64,000 nucleotides of DNA from Leucoraja ocellata (lineage: Eukaryota). Made by a program: the position numbers and the translations under genes. The notes beneath the pieces are model-generated. The model was not told the origin of the DNA, made no database searches, and worked only from the letters and a program-made list of their open reading frames with translations. The DNA lies in NCBI GenBank assembly GCA_036785375.1, contig JAWMAR010000156.1, positions 3,224,001-3,288,000 on the forward strand. The letters run 5' to 3'. This document shows, piece after piece, positions 37,330-51,680 of the stretch. How positions within the stretch are numbered: position 1 is the stretch's first letter; every line of letters starts with the position of its first letter.

Positions 37330-37512
37330 CTACCACTCTTGGGGACAGGTTACAACGGCCAATTAACCAATTACCTACACATCTTTTGGATGTGGGGGCA
37401 ACCAGAGCACTTGGACGAATCCCAAACAATCAAGGAGACCATGCAAACTCCATAAAGACAGCACCTGAGGTCGGGATTTAACCCGTCTGGCGCTGTGAAG
37501 CAGCAACTATTA
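37330..37512 (-). mobile_element. Degenerate HE1-like SINE
   Basis: Similar to the reverse complement of the 33399 copy. Confidence 0.6.
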
Positions 37513-37685
37513 GCTGAACCTCATTTATTTCATGATGGGTTCCCTATCTCCTATCTCAAATGGACAATTCAACAAATGTGGGAAATTGCATGCAGCTTTT
37601 CCTCCAGGAAGAAGAGACCATCTAGCATAAGTCTTAAACACCTCTTAAAGTATTTTTATTTCATATAATTTTGTTTATAATTTCA

Positions 37686-38884
37686 ATAGACAATGGGTGC
37701 AGGAATAAGCCATTCAGCCCTTCGAGCCAGCACCACCATTCAATGTGATCATGACTGATCATCCCCAATCAGTACCCCATTCCTGCCTTCTTCCCATATC
37801 CCCTGACTCCGCTATTTTTAAGAGCCCTATCTAGCTCTCTCTTGAAAGCATCCAGAGAACCTGCCTCCACCTGAGGCAGAGAATTCCACAGACTCACAAC
37901 TCTCTGTGAGAAAAAGTGTTTCCTTGTCTCCGTTCTAAGTGGCTTACTCCTTATTCTTAAACTGTGGGCCCCTGGTTCTGGACTCCCCCAACATTGGGAA
38001 CATGTTTCCTGCCTCTAGCATGTCCAAACCCGTAACAATCTTATATGTTTCAATGCGATATCCTCTCATCCTTCCAAACTCCAGAGTGTACAAGCTCAGC
38101 TGCTCCATTCTCTCAGCATTTGACAGTCCCGCCATCCCAGGAATTAATCTTGTAAACCTACGCTGCACTCCCTCAATAGCAAGAATGTCCTTCCTCAAAT
38201 TAGGTGACCAAAACTGTACACAATACTCCAGGTGTGGTCTCACTAGGGCTCTGTACAGCTGCAGAAGGACATCTTTACTCCTATATTCCTCTTGTTATAA
38301 AGGCCAACATGCCATTCGCTTTCTTCACTGCCTGCTGTACCTGCATGCTTACTTTCATAGACTGATGAACAAGGACCCCCGGATCCCGTTGTACTTCTCC
38401 TTTTCCCAACTTGACGTCATTTAGGTAGTAATCTGCCTTCCTGTTTTTGCTACCAAAGTGGATAACCTCACATTTATCTGCATTAAACGTCATCTGCCAT
38501 GCATCTGCCCACTCCCCCAACCTGTCCAAGTCACCCTGCATTCTCATAGCATCCTCCTCACAGTTACACTGCCACCCAGCTTTGTGTCATCTGCAAATTT
38601 GCTAATGTTACTTTGAATCCCTTCATCCATATAATTGATGTATATTGTAAATAGATGCGGTCCCAGCACCAAGCCTTGCAGTACCCCACTAGTCACTGCC
38701 TGCCATTCTGAAAGGGGCCCGTTAATCCCTACTCTTTGTTTCCTGTCTGCCAACCACTTCTCTATCCATGTCAGCACTTTACCCCCATTACCATGTGCCC
38801 TAATTTTGCCCACTAATCTCCTATGTGGGACCTTATCAAATGCTTTCTGAAAGTCCAGGTACATTACATCCACTGGCTCTCCCT
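37686..38884 (-). mobile_element. CR1 LINE, 5'-truncated (~1.2 kb)
   Basis: Minus ORFs contain YLDFQKAFDKVPH, SKFADDTKLGG and RPHLEYCVQFWSP, followed by the 3' UTR. Confidence 0.92.
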
Positions 38885-41800
38885 TCAGTTTTTGGATGCT
38901 ATCAAGCTTTATTTCGTATGTACCATATGTAGAGTTACTCTAGAGGTCAATAGAGAAATAATGTGCAATGGTAGGACTGAATTTGCTACTTTTGATTTTT
39001 TTTTCAGAATTAATCTGAAAGGGCATTTATCCCTTGATCCTTGTTTGCATGGATCTAGAATATTATCAATTTCGGGAACCTGAGCTTATATTTTCTGATT
39101 ATTATTTTAGCACCAATGCTTAATGGTTTAAAACAAAATCTAGTGAATTGGATCCAATCTGAAATATATTTGATGGAGGGTGTGAGAACTATTAGCTTCG
39201 TTCTTTTGTTTAAAAAGCTATAAACTCTTGGTTTGACAGACAGATGATGTAAATTGGATACACATTTGGTGTCAGGGATTATGGGGCGAAGACCGGAGAA
39301 TTGGGTTTGGAGGGAAAGATAGATCAGCCATGATTGAATGGCGGTGGACTTAATGGGCCGAATGGCCTAATTTGCTCCTATCACTTGTGAAATGTTCTTG
39401 AGTATTTTCAAAGTTGATAAATTATTCAATGATAAGGCTGAGGATGTAATTTTAATATGAGAACCATGACAGATATTAGAGAAATCAAATCGCACAAAAA
39501 AAAAGTTACCTAGAGAACGCTAGATTTAAAGAAAACATGCAACTCCCATTCCGGTATTCCACTCCTTATTTTGTAGCATGTCCACGGGGAGTAATTGTGC
39601 GTTTGAATGAGAAAGCAGGTTGTGGCGGCACATTACAGGCTTCTACAGTTCACAATTAACTCGCACTCCTGTGGACGGCGGGGTCCACGCTTGGAGTCTG
39701 GCTTTTATTTTTTAACTTTAACTGTTTCTACCTTAGGAAGAAAAGAGTGCCACTGCACAGATGTTCTTAACTGCAGTGTGAGGTATGTTTATTTCCCCAA
39801 TTCCCTGCAAAGTGTATTTGATCTTCCAAAACAATAACAAAATAGGAGCATGCTGCTCCACTTTAAGTCAGTCACATTTCAACAGCAGTTTATTTCTTGA
39901 TGTATCGTTCCATGCAGGTAATTGAAACAAGAAGGAACATTGTTGGGAAATTGTACGGCATGATTCATCGATGTCTGGGTCTCATTGTTAATAATTACCT
40001 ATTGATCACTATACTCACTGCTTTTTGAATTTAGTGCTGAATATTTTGTAGAATATTTACTGTTCAAGGAAATAATTAACGATATATCGAGTTAAACAGA
40101 GATGACTGAACAGAAATTTAACTTATCAGGTAAATCACGTATTATGCGCAGTCTTTAAAATTTACTACCTTTAAGTAAATGAATTAAATCTTGACTTGAC
40201 AACTGAAGGTGAAACGTATTAAAATTTGGGTAAAGTTCATAGCTATTTTGTTAAATTGTATTAGAAATTTAATGATGTCTAATGTTATTGCACTTTGTGT
40301 GTGAAATGTATTTAATGATTCCATAACTAATATTTGATTATACTACTTCATTGCACTTGTTAACTGAAAGCGTTGAGAGGTGAAGCTAATAAAAACGAGA
40401 CGCCTAAGGCAGTAGAGATTTTCACGGAAATGTGCAATAGTCGTCAAAAAGGAACAAACCTCAAATCCCAGGGGGCAATAATTTAAGCCAGGGTCATGTG
40501 ATCAAAGTCTTTGAAACAAAGAGCAGAGGATTGTCTCACTAGATCACTCTCTTCACTTCCATCCGTATATGTCTGCTGTGATGTAAAAGTGCAAGCTTCA
40601 AAATTAATGTCTGGATTAGAGCCCAGTGTTTTCCCAGTCCATTCTGATCAGAAAATTCTACATCTATCGTTGGATTTAATAGGGTAAGATCAAAACTGAA
40701 ATAAGATACATAGATTCTTGCTAAGTAAATTGATAATACAAAGTATCTGACATTTACTCCATATAAAAGTACCTACATATATTTGTGGTTATAAAAGTTG
40801 CTGTTTCTGGATCTGCGCAGCATTTTGATATACTTGAATAAACATTGTTTGATTACTTAAGTTACAGTTTGATACAACATACCTCCTGGTATACTTTTGA
40901 AAATTTTGGCATGGTTTCCATAATCCGGGTGCAAGAATTGTTAACTGAGTACTCTTAGATTTGAGGACTGAATTTATGCTGCAACTTGGCATAATTACAA
41001 TGTTGTATGATTTGTTTGCTTGGCTTTGATTGCCTGAGTTTTTAAACTGAGTGACCTCTGCACCTGCTTTGTGTAAAATGCTTGTTGCCCCACTTTAAAT
41101 AAAAGAGCCTTTTCTGGCCGTGAATTATTTGGATCCTTTTTTACAAAAATAGGATTTGTGTTATGTATCTTAGCATGTACCTGATTATTGAAACTAGGTC
41201 TGTGGTAATACTTAGTAGCTCGTTGAACAAGCCTCCTTGTTGCTATACAACTCCATCTATTATTTATACTTATCCCAGTGGACCAAATAGCATTGTTTCT
41301 AATAAAGCTATTGTAACCTGGTACCACTTTAAAAAAAAAGTGCGGTAAAAGATTTTTACCACCATACAAAGGCATAGATTGTTTTAATTTGCTTCTCTTT
41401 TTGTTGCTAAGAGCAAATGGAACCTCCCTGAAGACTTCAACGTTACTGATACATTTCTGTTCTGCTAGTTTACTTGGTTCCAGTTGACTGATGTTACATG
41501 CAGGGTTTGATCTGAGTTGCAGTTTCCCAAATCCCAAGGGCATGTGCTCTCTTTAGTGCGTGGGAATTAATTGCACAGACCTTCTGCTTTGCTTCTAGAA
41601 GGACATGTAATACATTAGAAAACTGGGGGATGGGTGCGCAGAGCTAGGAACTGGGGGAAAGGTATGCACTTTATTATCTGTATTAAGAATTTGACAAACG
41701 AAGCGTTTTACTGCCTTAACCGTGTTTCTTACTGTCATTGGTAGACTGGTAATCTGCCAGTGGGGTGGAAGAAGGGCTGTTGTGATGGTTGGATGGGGGG

Positions 41801-44284
41801 GGAGGGGGATATGGTAGGGATTGTAGGTGATGACTGTCGAGCAGCCAATAAAGCAGCAGATTGGAGCAGAGGGATGAAGAGATAGGAGGAGAACTCTATG
41901 CATATCGACATCAGGTATTTTGAAAGCATTTCTACAGAGCACAAATTCTATATCTCTATATCACCATCTATCCTTTTCCTTTCCCCTGACTCTCAGTCTG
42001 AAACGTCACTTATTCCAGCTATACTGGAACATCACCTATTCCATAGTTACTCCAGCTTTTTGTGTCTATCTTCGGTTTAAACCAGCATTTGCAGTTCCCT
42101 CCGACACAAACCTGACACCGGGACACCTTCACTTCAGTGAGAAGACTATTCCCAAGCTGCGAGAATGATGCCATCTCAGTTTATTGTTCATAGCAATGTC
42201 AGGGAGGACATTAGGACATTATTGTCAGAGGGAACAACTACTTTTATCGTAGTGGTGGTAGGAATAAGTTCTGTGTCTTATCCACACTGAAGTTTCTGTT
42301 ACGTGTGAGGTTCCACTTTTTCAGCTTTATATCGTCTTGCCTTTGCCTCAACTCCTTCTCAATATCACTCTGAATATGAAAGTAATTTCATTAATGTTCT
42401 GACCGCAGGTAACTCATCAAGCTGATCGATGTGCAGATTCTTGGTACAGGTCGTGCTTTCATTATTCTCCATCACTCCACAAAGCTATGTTATTCCACCA
42501 GCCCATTATGTACAGGGTGGCTGCTGGACAAGAACATTTATCTCCTTCAGACAGCTAATGGTTACTGTCAAAAAACCCAAACACAGCTGCTAAGATGAGA
42601 GCACTAATGCATCCAGAAGCATCATGAGGTAGACATTTGACATTGATGAGCATTCCTTTAACCACATAGAACTGCTAGGAGAACATATCAGTTATCACTA
42701 TACTGTAGATGTTTACATATTTTATTTTTACCATGAAGGACTAGCCATCACCTACCTTCATTTTAACGTATGGGCTTAATTTCACTGTTAATACATACAA
42801 CAGCTGGGGAGTAGTTTTCCAACACAATCAGCCGGGAGCTGAATTATCAGTTAAATTCTGACTTGGGTTTCTGGTGAAGTTTAAAGCATTTATCTAGAAA
42901 GGCTGTTGGGTTATTTGATGACGCAGATCACACTTCAACTACAACACAGGCACTTAAAATAATGTGGATTTCCAAATTGAGTCTCAGATGGAAGTTGAAA
43001 TGGTGACTGGGAGGAGTGGGTGTATTTCTTTAAAAGCTTTCCCTGCCACCACAAAGATGGATTTTCTTTTTCTTTTGCAGCTTGTTTTGAAAGCCAGAAT
43101 GATGAAAGAGAGTAATCATCCATCTAGAACGAGTCCTCTTTTGTAGATCCTTTGACTGCATTTTGAATGACCTGTAAAAGTGTAATGTTACTTTCATGGT
43201 CGGCTATTTATTTAAGTTTGGCAAAAGAATTGAATAAAAAAACTAAAAGTATCTCGATCCAAAACGTCACCTATTCCTTTTCTCCAGCGAAGCGGCCTGA
43301 CCCGCTGAGTTACTCCAGCATTTTATGTCTATTTAAGGTTGTTCAATTGTATGTTTTATTATTGTTACTGCTAGTTACTTTTTACATGTCCCAGTTCATG
43401 CTGCTATTCATCTCCTGAAGTACATAGAAGCCTTTTGGGAAATGTTCTCTCCGTCAACCCTTGCCCAGTTTATTGTGTATCTCCTTTCTGTATCTCCTCT
43501 CCAACATCATGCTGCAATCTTGTCTCAAGTCAGCAATGCTTTCTTTTACCCTTTTATGTTATGGTACCAATTCTCAGAGCAGCCACTTGATCCAATAGAG
43601 AGATAGTGGAATCCCAGTATATTTTGAGAAGTAGCCAGGCAGAGGAGAATGGAAACACATTTTTAAATGATGTGATGAAAGGGATTCAGCATAATTCCCT
43701 GAGATCACTCAGGCAAACAGCTTTATCTTGTTGCAACTAATTATACTTGTCATCTCCTTGCTTTTCACCCTTCTTATTGGGTTACTTCTCCTTTCTCACG
43801 ACAGCTGAATACAAGATGAGACTTCTCCCCTTCATTTTGTCAATTTTTTAAATAGTTCATTCTATCTACTGTCATCCACCACTCTATTTCGATTTATACA
43901 GTGGAAATTATCTACCGGAGTGAACAAAGCAATGTGTAAATTGGAATACCAGATGAAACAAAATGATCATGGGAATCTCCAGCCACTATGAAATTTCCTT
44001 GTGAGGTGCAGCAGCTGGTTGGTATTCTTTGATAAATATTGGGGGGGGTGGGGGGGGGGGGGGGAAATCCCAAAATATAGAGCTTCACCAATATGGTCAT
44101 TACAATATCAGCCCAATAGCCAGAGAAAGTACAGTGTGTTCTTGGGGCTTCCACAACTCCCTGTCCTAGATCATATTTTGTTATCAGGATCACACACACT
44201 CTGCCCTGCTTCCCAACACTCAAGTTTTACTTCACAGGCACATTGTGTAGCCAAAGTAGAGAGTGAACATGGCAATTAGATCAT

Positions 44285-45300
44285 TGTCTTCATTGTATTA
44301 GATTAGAGTTTTATTATTGTCGTATATACCAGGGTGCATTGAAATTCCTTGTTCACAGAGTAAACAGTACACACACTGCAATAAATACACCGACGGGCGC
44401 AAAGCAACAGAATAGTGAAAAATTGCAAAGTAATACTTGAATAGTGCAAAAGAATAGTATACAATAACGGAATAGCCTAATGAGGTAGAGTTAAAAGTAG
44501 TTGGCAGCAGCTCCAGGAATGGGATGTGAAAGAGGAGATGGGTTTAGGACTTGGATAGCAGTGGGGAGGGATAGGGGGAAGCTGCTCTTAAGTTTGGATG
44601 TCTGAGCTTTCATGTTCCCGTATCTTCTCCCGTGAGGTAGAAGAGAGTAAAGGAAATGGCCAGAGTGAAAAGCATTCTCAAAGTCACTTCTAGCCTTCCT
44701 GATGCAACGCACTGTGAAGATGGACTGGGTGGAAGGGAGTGATGAGACCGCAATGGACTGGGCTGTGTTCACCAAAATCTGCAAATTTAGACAGTCAAGA
44801 GGAGACCAGTTGCCATATCAGGCTGAGATGCATCCTGTCACATTAGTTGCCACAGTGCATCTGTAGAGGTTCGAGAGAACTTTTGTTGACATGCCGAATT
44901 TTCTCAGACGCCCAGGAAAGGAAATCAGCTGATGTGGTTTCATCATCAATACAGCGTTATGAAGAGACCATGATAGGTTACTGGAGATATGGATGGTTGG
45001 ATGATATAGAAAGTTGAAGCTGTCAACCATCTCCACAGTAGATCCGTTGATGACAGGGTTGTGTTCAGCCGTCAACAACCAACTTTTTTGTCTTGCTGAC
45101 GTTGAAGGCTGGGTTATTGTCCTGACACCACGACATTACATTCTCTACCATTCCTGTACTCTACGTAAGCGGTGCTGTGGACTCGCCTGATAACCGCATG
45201 CATCATCAGCAAAGTTAAAGATTGAGTTGGCGTTGGACTTGGAACACAGTCATGGGTGTACAGGGTTAGAGCAAGGGACTGAGCACACAACCCTGAGCGC
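44285..45300 (-). mobile_element. Old Rex1-like LINE fragment
   Basis: Minus ORFs contain LRKFGMSTKVLSNLYRCTV and VNTAQSI..SLPS. Confidence 0.75.
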
Positions 45301-46556
45301 CAATGTGGTCATTTAGCTGCTCAGCTTCCGTTTTGATACTTGGGTAAAAATAACAAGCTGCTGGGCGAACTCAGCAAGTCAGGCAGCATCCATGGAGGGA
45401 ACTGGACAGATGACGTTTCAAGACTTGGTGGGCCAAAGGGCCTGTTTCCGTGCTGCATCTCTAAAGCCTAAAGGTCAGAACCCTTCTTGGGTGCGATCTC
45501 TAGAAGTGTTTGACCAAACAATCAGACTTGCAGAACAGTCAGTTCTGTGCAAAAAATCAAACATTGACGTCTTGATTGAGTGCATTCTTCCACCATTCCT
45601 GTTTTTATATCAGACTTGCATCAGAAGGAAAGATGACTGATAAGCAAAAGTCAAGTTGCTGTGTTCCTTGCCTCCCTCTCCCCTGACCACTCTTCCCCCA
45701 GATAACATGAACAATTACTGACCTGTGTTTCAATTTGGTAAAGTGGAAGACCACAGTTAATTCACTTATACCTTCAAAGATCTTGCAAGTGTAGAGCAAC
45801 AAAATCATCAGTGAAAAGGCTGTGTTAAAAGCACATTGGCAATTACATTAGGCTAACACTGTTAACTCTCTGATTACATTATGGGAGAGAGCATGGCCCA
45901 CAGGGGCCATTGGAACTGCCTTGCAGTTGGAAAACCATGCGTAGTGCAAATAACATTTTTAAGAGCTCCCATCTCAAGACATCGTCTTAATCCGAAGTCA
46001 GAGCAGAAATGTGGCAAGGTAGTGACGTATGGGGAGTACAAACATCACAATAAAGTCCATTTATAATATGAGCAAGGTCTGTTCTTTGATTTATGTGATT
46101 GAAGTCATGTTTGGAGGTCATTTTGTAACAAAATGTGGAAAAAATGGTTTTCAATATGGCGAGCCAAAAACAGAAACAAATTGAACTCACACAGCTCAAT
46201 TAATACAACGCTCAATCAAGCCTGTAAATGGACCAAAGAATTTGACCGCAAAGCTTGTGGGAGGTTGCTTATGAATACAATTAGAGATTCCCATATGCAG
46301 TGTAGGAGTGAAATAGAAAGAAGCATGCATCAGACTATATCAATGATTCTTAAAGACTTAAACACAAAGTGCTAGAGAAACTCAGTGAGTCAGGCAGCAT
46401 CTGTTGAGGGAATTGACAGGTGATGCTTCAGCTGTCATCTTCCGATTTTATCCTCCCTCTGCCTTTACATTTCACTCCTCCTCACTGTTTATCTGACACC
46501 CCTTTTGTCTCCTCACCCCTAGTCCTTGACAGTTACTACACCCATCTGTCAATGAA

Positions 46557-46899
46557 AGGTCTAGATGGAGAGGATGTTTCCAGTAGCAGGAAAATCTAGG
46601 ACCAGGGGGCACAGCATCAAAATAAAAGCACGTACCCTTAGGATGGAGCTGAGGAGGAATGTCTGTAGCCAGATGGTGGTGAATCTGTGGAATTCATTGC
46701 CACAGACGGCAGTGGAGAGCAAGTCATTGAGTATTTCTAAAACAGAGATTGAAAGGTAAAGGTAAACCCTATGTAAGGGCATCAAAGGTTATGGGGAGAA
46801 GGCAGAAGAATGGGTTAAGAGGGAAAAATAAATCTGCCATGATTGAATGGCAGAACAGACTTGAAAGGTTGAATGGCCTAATTCTCATGTCTTATGGTC
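46557..46899 (+). mobile_element. CR1 3' fragment nested in a longer Penelope-derived element (~46363-47125)
   Basis: Encodes KSRTRGHS and VVNLWNSLPQ. The flanks carry the pyrimidine-rich region and ctgaagaagggt motif of the Penelope-derived family. Confidence 0.7.
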
Positions 46900-47649
46900 T
46901 TAATCCGCCTATTCTGAATCCCCCCCCCCTCACTTGCCAGACATTGTCCCACTCCTACCTCACCTTTCCAGCTTTTCCTCCCTTCTACTCCAATCAGTCT
47001 GAAGAAGGGTCCTTGACCCAAAATGTCGCCCATCCATTCCTTCCACATATGCTGCCTGATCTGATGAGTTCCTCCAGCATTTTGTAATTTGAGATTAAGA
47101 TTCCAGCATCTGCAGTTCCCTGTATCTTCATTATTAAAGGCTTATGTCCACAAATTGGTCTGATGAATTTTGGAGAGGTTTCCTGCAGGAGAATAACTTT
47201 ACCAGCAGGAACTTGAAAGGTCCTAATACTTTTGGACATGTCGGCATAAAACATAGTTGAAATTACCTATTCAATTTGGCCTCTGAATAGAATTAAACTT
47301 ATGTTACAAAACACTTCAGAAAAGTCTTGCACATTTTTTGAAGTCTTTTATAACAAGTTTATATGGCCTGTTATAACGCAAGTTTACAAAGCCTCTTTCT
47401 TGTTTATATGGCCACTATCTTATGGCTATTATTCATGTCAGTTTATTACAGGAACCAATTTATTGAGGTACTAAAATGAGCTTAACTACAAAGGTCAAAT
47501 TTAACGAGCTGCAAGGAATGATAAAGTTGTCAAAGAGATTATTAGGTATTCAGTAATTTGATTTTGTAATTATTACAGAACGATATTACAAGTTAAGATT
47601 TTGAGACATTTTTAACAGCATCAATAGCATTGACAAGTATATGACTTTG

Positions 47650-48830
47650 AGACCTTAATGAGCTAGGTTTTGCTGGCTCCAGTATGCATGGTAGCAGTAA
47701 TAAAGAAAATAATGGCACTCAAAACTGATAAATCTCCAGGAAGAGATTAAAAGTGTAGATGTGAACATTGAGGTTGATCTAATAATCTTACAAAGATATC
47801 TTGATTCCTGGTTCAGGAAGCAGTCTTGTACATACAAAACATTTCCATTTCACTCGATTCCCAAAGAAGTTTAGAAAATGAGATAAGAGAATTATTTTTG
47901 AAAGGCGTGGACTAATTGTTTCATTAGAAGCGGGACCGACAACAATACCATCTGTTGTTGGGAAAATACCATTAAGAAGTTAAAGATCAAAGGAAAATGT
48001 TTATAATTGTGCCCAAAAAAGTAAGATTAGAAAAAACTCAGAATCCAACAAAGGAAGAAAAAAAAAGATAAGGAATAGCACAATGGAACACGAGCAGTTC
48101 AACAAGAAACATAAAAGAGACAATAAAAGCTCCAATAATTATGTAAAAATGAAAAGGTCATGTAAAGCTAATGCAGATCCCTTAAATACTCAGAAAGGAA
48201 TAATTATATTGGTCAATAAGAAAATGGCAAAAAGATTAAGGAAATGTCTATCTTCACAGAAGAAGACAGAACATTTCCCAGAAATAGCGTAGCATTACAT
48301 GTGAATTTGGAGCTCGGAGAAATTAATATTAATTATTAAAGATAGCATTAGAGAAATTATAGTGCCTCCTCGGCAGAGTTTCTCCAGCATTTTTGTCTAC
48401 CTGAGAGTGTTAGGCTGATGAGGTGACCAGTGTGCACCATTTGGAAAGATGTCAATAATAGGTAAAATATCGCTATACATTATACAGGAAGCAGAAACAT
48501 AGCATCTGGAAAAATAATAATAGGATTGGATCACTTAATTATTAATTTAAGGGGAATAATTTTTGACAAATCTGTTGGGATTTTCTGATGCTATGACTAC
48601 CAGAACAAAATAACAATGAACCAGTGCTCCGTTTGATCTTTCGAAATGCTTTGAACAAAGTAAGATTATTTACAAAAAAATAAGAATGCAAAGTTTTGTA
48701 GTTAATTTACTGGTGTGGACTGAAAATTGGTCAATGAAGAGAAAGCAGCAAATAGGAATAAACAAATCATATTTGGGCTGTAGGATTATGTCGGGTATGG
48801 TGCCACTGGGAACACTGGACAGGAGTTTGG
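47650..48830 (+). mobile_element. Highly degraded ancient CR1-like LINE
   Basis: Remnant peptide NKSSNNYVKMKRSCKANADPL..NKKMAKRL resembles the CR1 ORF2 linker. Confidence 0.45.
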
Positions 48831-51368
48831 TTTTTTTGGTATTTGGTTAAAAATGTATATTGTTACATTCGCAGCGAATGATTCGCTATGAGAATATGAG
48901 TGTGTGAGCCAGTTGGACATCACCCACTCCACTTTCTTCTTAAATAATAGTAATTTTATATAGGTACTGTTGGCATGAAGAACAACAACTGGAATTAGAA
49001 TGCACAATAGGCTGGTCAGTGCCTGAAAGAAGGCTATTTGATATAGAGTGATACAGCGTGGAAACAGGCCCCTCAGCCCAACTTGCCGCAGCTACACTAG
49101 TCCCACCTGTTAACATTTGGTCCATATCCCTCCAAACCTGTCCTACCCATGTACGTGTCTAACTTTTTTTAAATGTTAGGATAGTCCCTGCCTCAAGTAC
49201 CTCCTCCAACACCCACCACCCTTAATGTAAACAGGTTACCTCTCAGATTCCTATTAAATCTTTTCCTCTTTACCTTAAGCCTATGTCTTCTGGATGTATT
49301 TGATGACTAGAATCACAGATCGTAATAAATTGGTTATATTGCCTATTGGCCAATTCACAATGAATTTTTCCAATTTTTTTGACGTTGAATACTGGCATTG
49401 CTTTTAAACATCAGAATTGTTTGGTAGTTGGGTAAAATAATTATATTAATGAAGTTAATCATTTGTTATATTTGGAACTATCTTGAATAGATTCCCAAAG
49501 CAAGTTTGAACATTTCTGTATCAGCACTTACACATTAGGGTCATATTCATATCACAGCATTAGTGTTTTAATCAATTCTGTGAAGCATTTAACAAAGCAG
49601 TGATCAATAATTAGTATGTGCAACATTTTAATTTTATAGGTTAAATAACTTGCATGATGACCATGGAAGATGTAGACTTTATGATGTTGAGTTTGCAGGG
49701 TAACGGTGATATGTCAGATGCTGATACTGAATTTTGATCTGTGTGAAATAGAAAGGGATATGGCAGAACATTGTTCAGTGTATAGTGTGCTATCTGAAAT
49801 AAAACCCATTTAAAACGAGAAAGCGTTTTTTTCCTCATATTACAGAAGACCACAGAATTTTATGGGACATTGTATTACTTTGATTTACAATGAGGGCCAG
49901 GTGCAGAATGAGCTGAAACGCAGACCTCTGGAGAACTGGATGACATTCTGTATTAGCATATTATTTGGAGCCGCTTATGTTTTCACCTCTGGGAGCAGCA
50001 TTTGAATGCGGTCCCAACAACAGATGGGATGAGGGTTTTCTTTCTAATATCTATTAAGGTTTATAAGTTAAATTAATGACATCAGCATCCGTCTGGTCCC
50101 CAGAATCCCAAGCCCCCAGTTTACAGCTGTTGTGCAGTTGAGACTGCAATTCTAACTTCAATCTGCTTGCAAAAGAGGCACAAGTGGGGATTGATCAAAG
50201 ATATCCTTTATACTGCTACTGTACCTTGATCACAGATTTCACAACTATTCTTTTAATGCCCACATTTAGTGGATTCTCTACCTCTCCAAATCCCTAAAGA
50301 GTACCAACTTGTTGAACTGCGTGGAATAGATTTTGAAAGACGGCTCTGAAGTTTCATTTCCATATACTGTATTCATTTGTGTGGTTTCTTTGAAAATTGC
50401 CTTGGTAGTTACGGCAACCTGCCCTATCTGATTCAAATCATGACATTCTTTGATGGATAAAATGTATAATGTGCATTTCAAAACGCGCAGTAGCTTCATT
50501 AATACTGCTTTAATTTAGAAATCACACATTCTATTTCATGAAAAGTTTTAATTTGCGCTTCTACCACTTTCAGAAATGTTTGCAAGTTGTAATGCAATAG
50601 ATGTCACTTTGGAAGAGAGAAAGTGCACCAAAAAAAGTTTCTTAACATGCATAATAACCTAGTAACAACTTATTTTTAACATATACCAACTTCTTGTTTA
50701 AGAAATAATAGCATCTTTGGGGCTAAAGGAATCAATTTTATATGGGGGAAAAGCAGGAACTGTGTGCTGATTTTAGATGATCAGCCATGATCATATTGAA
50801 TGGCGGTGCTGGCCCACTCCTGCACCTATTTTTCTATGTTTCTATTAAATAGAGTAAAAGTCGTAATTTGGTTATTCAGCGCACAGGAAACTTGTTCCGT
50901 TGTTTAATCTTTCCCATAGTTTTGGTTCCATGTGACAAAACTTGGAGACCAAAGGGGAGGCATGTGTGGCTGGTTACCATGCCAACTGCAACTGGACACT
51001 GGGGAGGGGCAGACAAGGGTAAAGCTCAACTTTCTGTGGCGAGTGTTGAGGGAGCATCTGAGTGCTTGAACCGGTTAATGCATACCCATGTTTCTCTTCT
51101 GCTTTGTGGAGATCTAGTTAAGCCACTTCAAAGTTCACCTTTTTTTTGTCACGACAAAAAGAAATGCAATGTGTCCTAATGTCCATGTTTCACTCTGCTG
51201 ATTGAGGATGTGAACATCTGATAACCTAATTGCAGAATTTAATTAATTTGCTAAAGCACTTCACAATAAAGTGCTCCAGTCATTCATTCTGTTTGGGCAT
51301 GTCAGTCAAATGCTAGTTTCATGGTCAGACATTGAACGTTGATGAGTAGATCAAAAGTGAGAATTTGG

Positions 51369-51680
51369 GGATGGCACAGTAGCATAGATGTACAATCACC
51401 AGAGACCCAGGTTCGATCCTGACCCTGGATGTTGTCTGTGTGGAGTTTGCCTGTGCTCCCTGTGACTGGCGTGGGTTTCATTCAGATCCTGGGGTTTCTT
51501 CCCCCAACCGAAAGGCGTGCAAGTTTGTAGATTAATTGCCTCTGTAAAATTGACCCTAATGTGTAAGGAGCGGTCAAGAAAGTGGGATAACACAGAACTG
51601 GTGCAGACAGGTGATCGACAGTGGGAGGGGCTCAATGGGCCAAAGGGCCTGTTTCCATGCATTATCTTTAAACCAAACTA
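51369..51680 (+). mobile_element. HE1-like tRNA SINE
   Basis: B box GGTTCGATCC, with family core and tail. Confidence 0.75.

Noticed and set aside
40995-41543. 182-aa minus-strand ORF
   Set aside because: No recognisable motif and no convincing splice or promoter context. Treated as a chance ORF, though a homology search was not possible.
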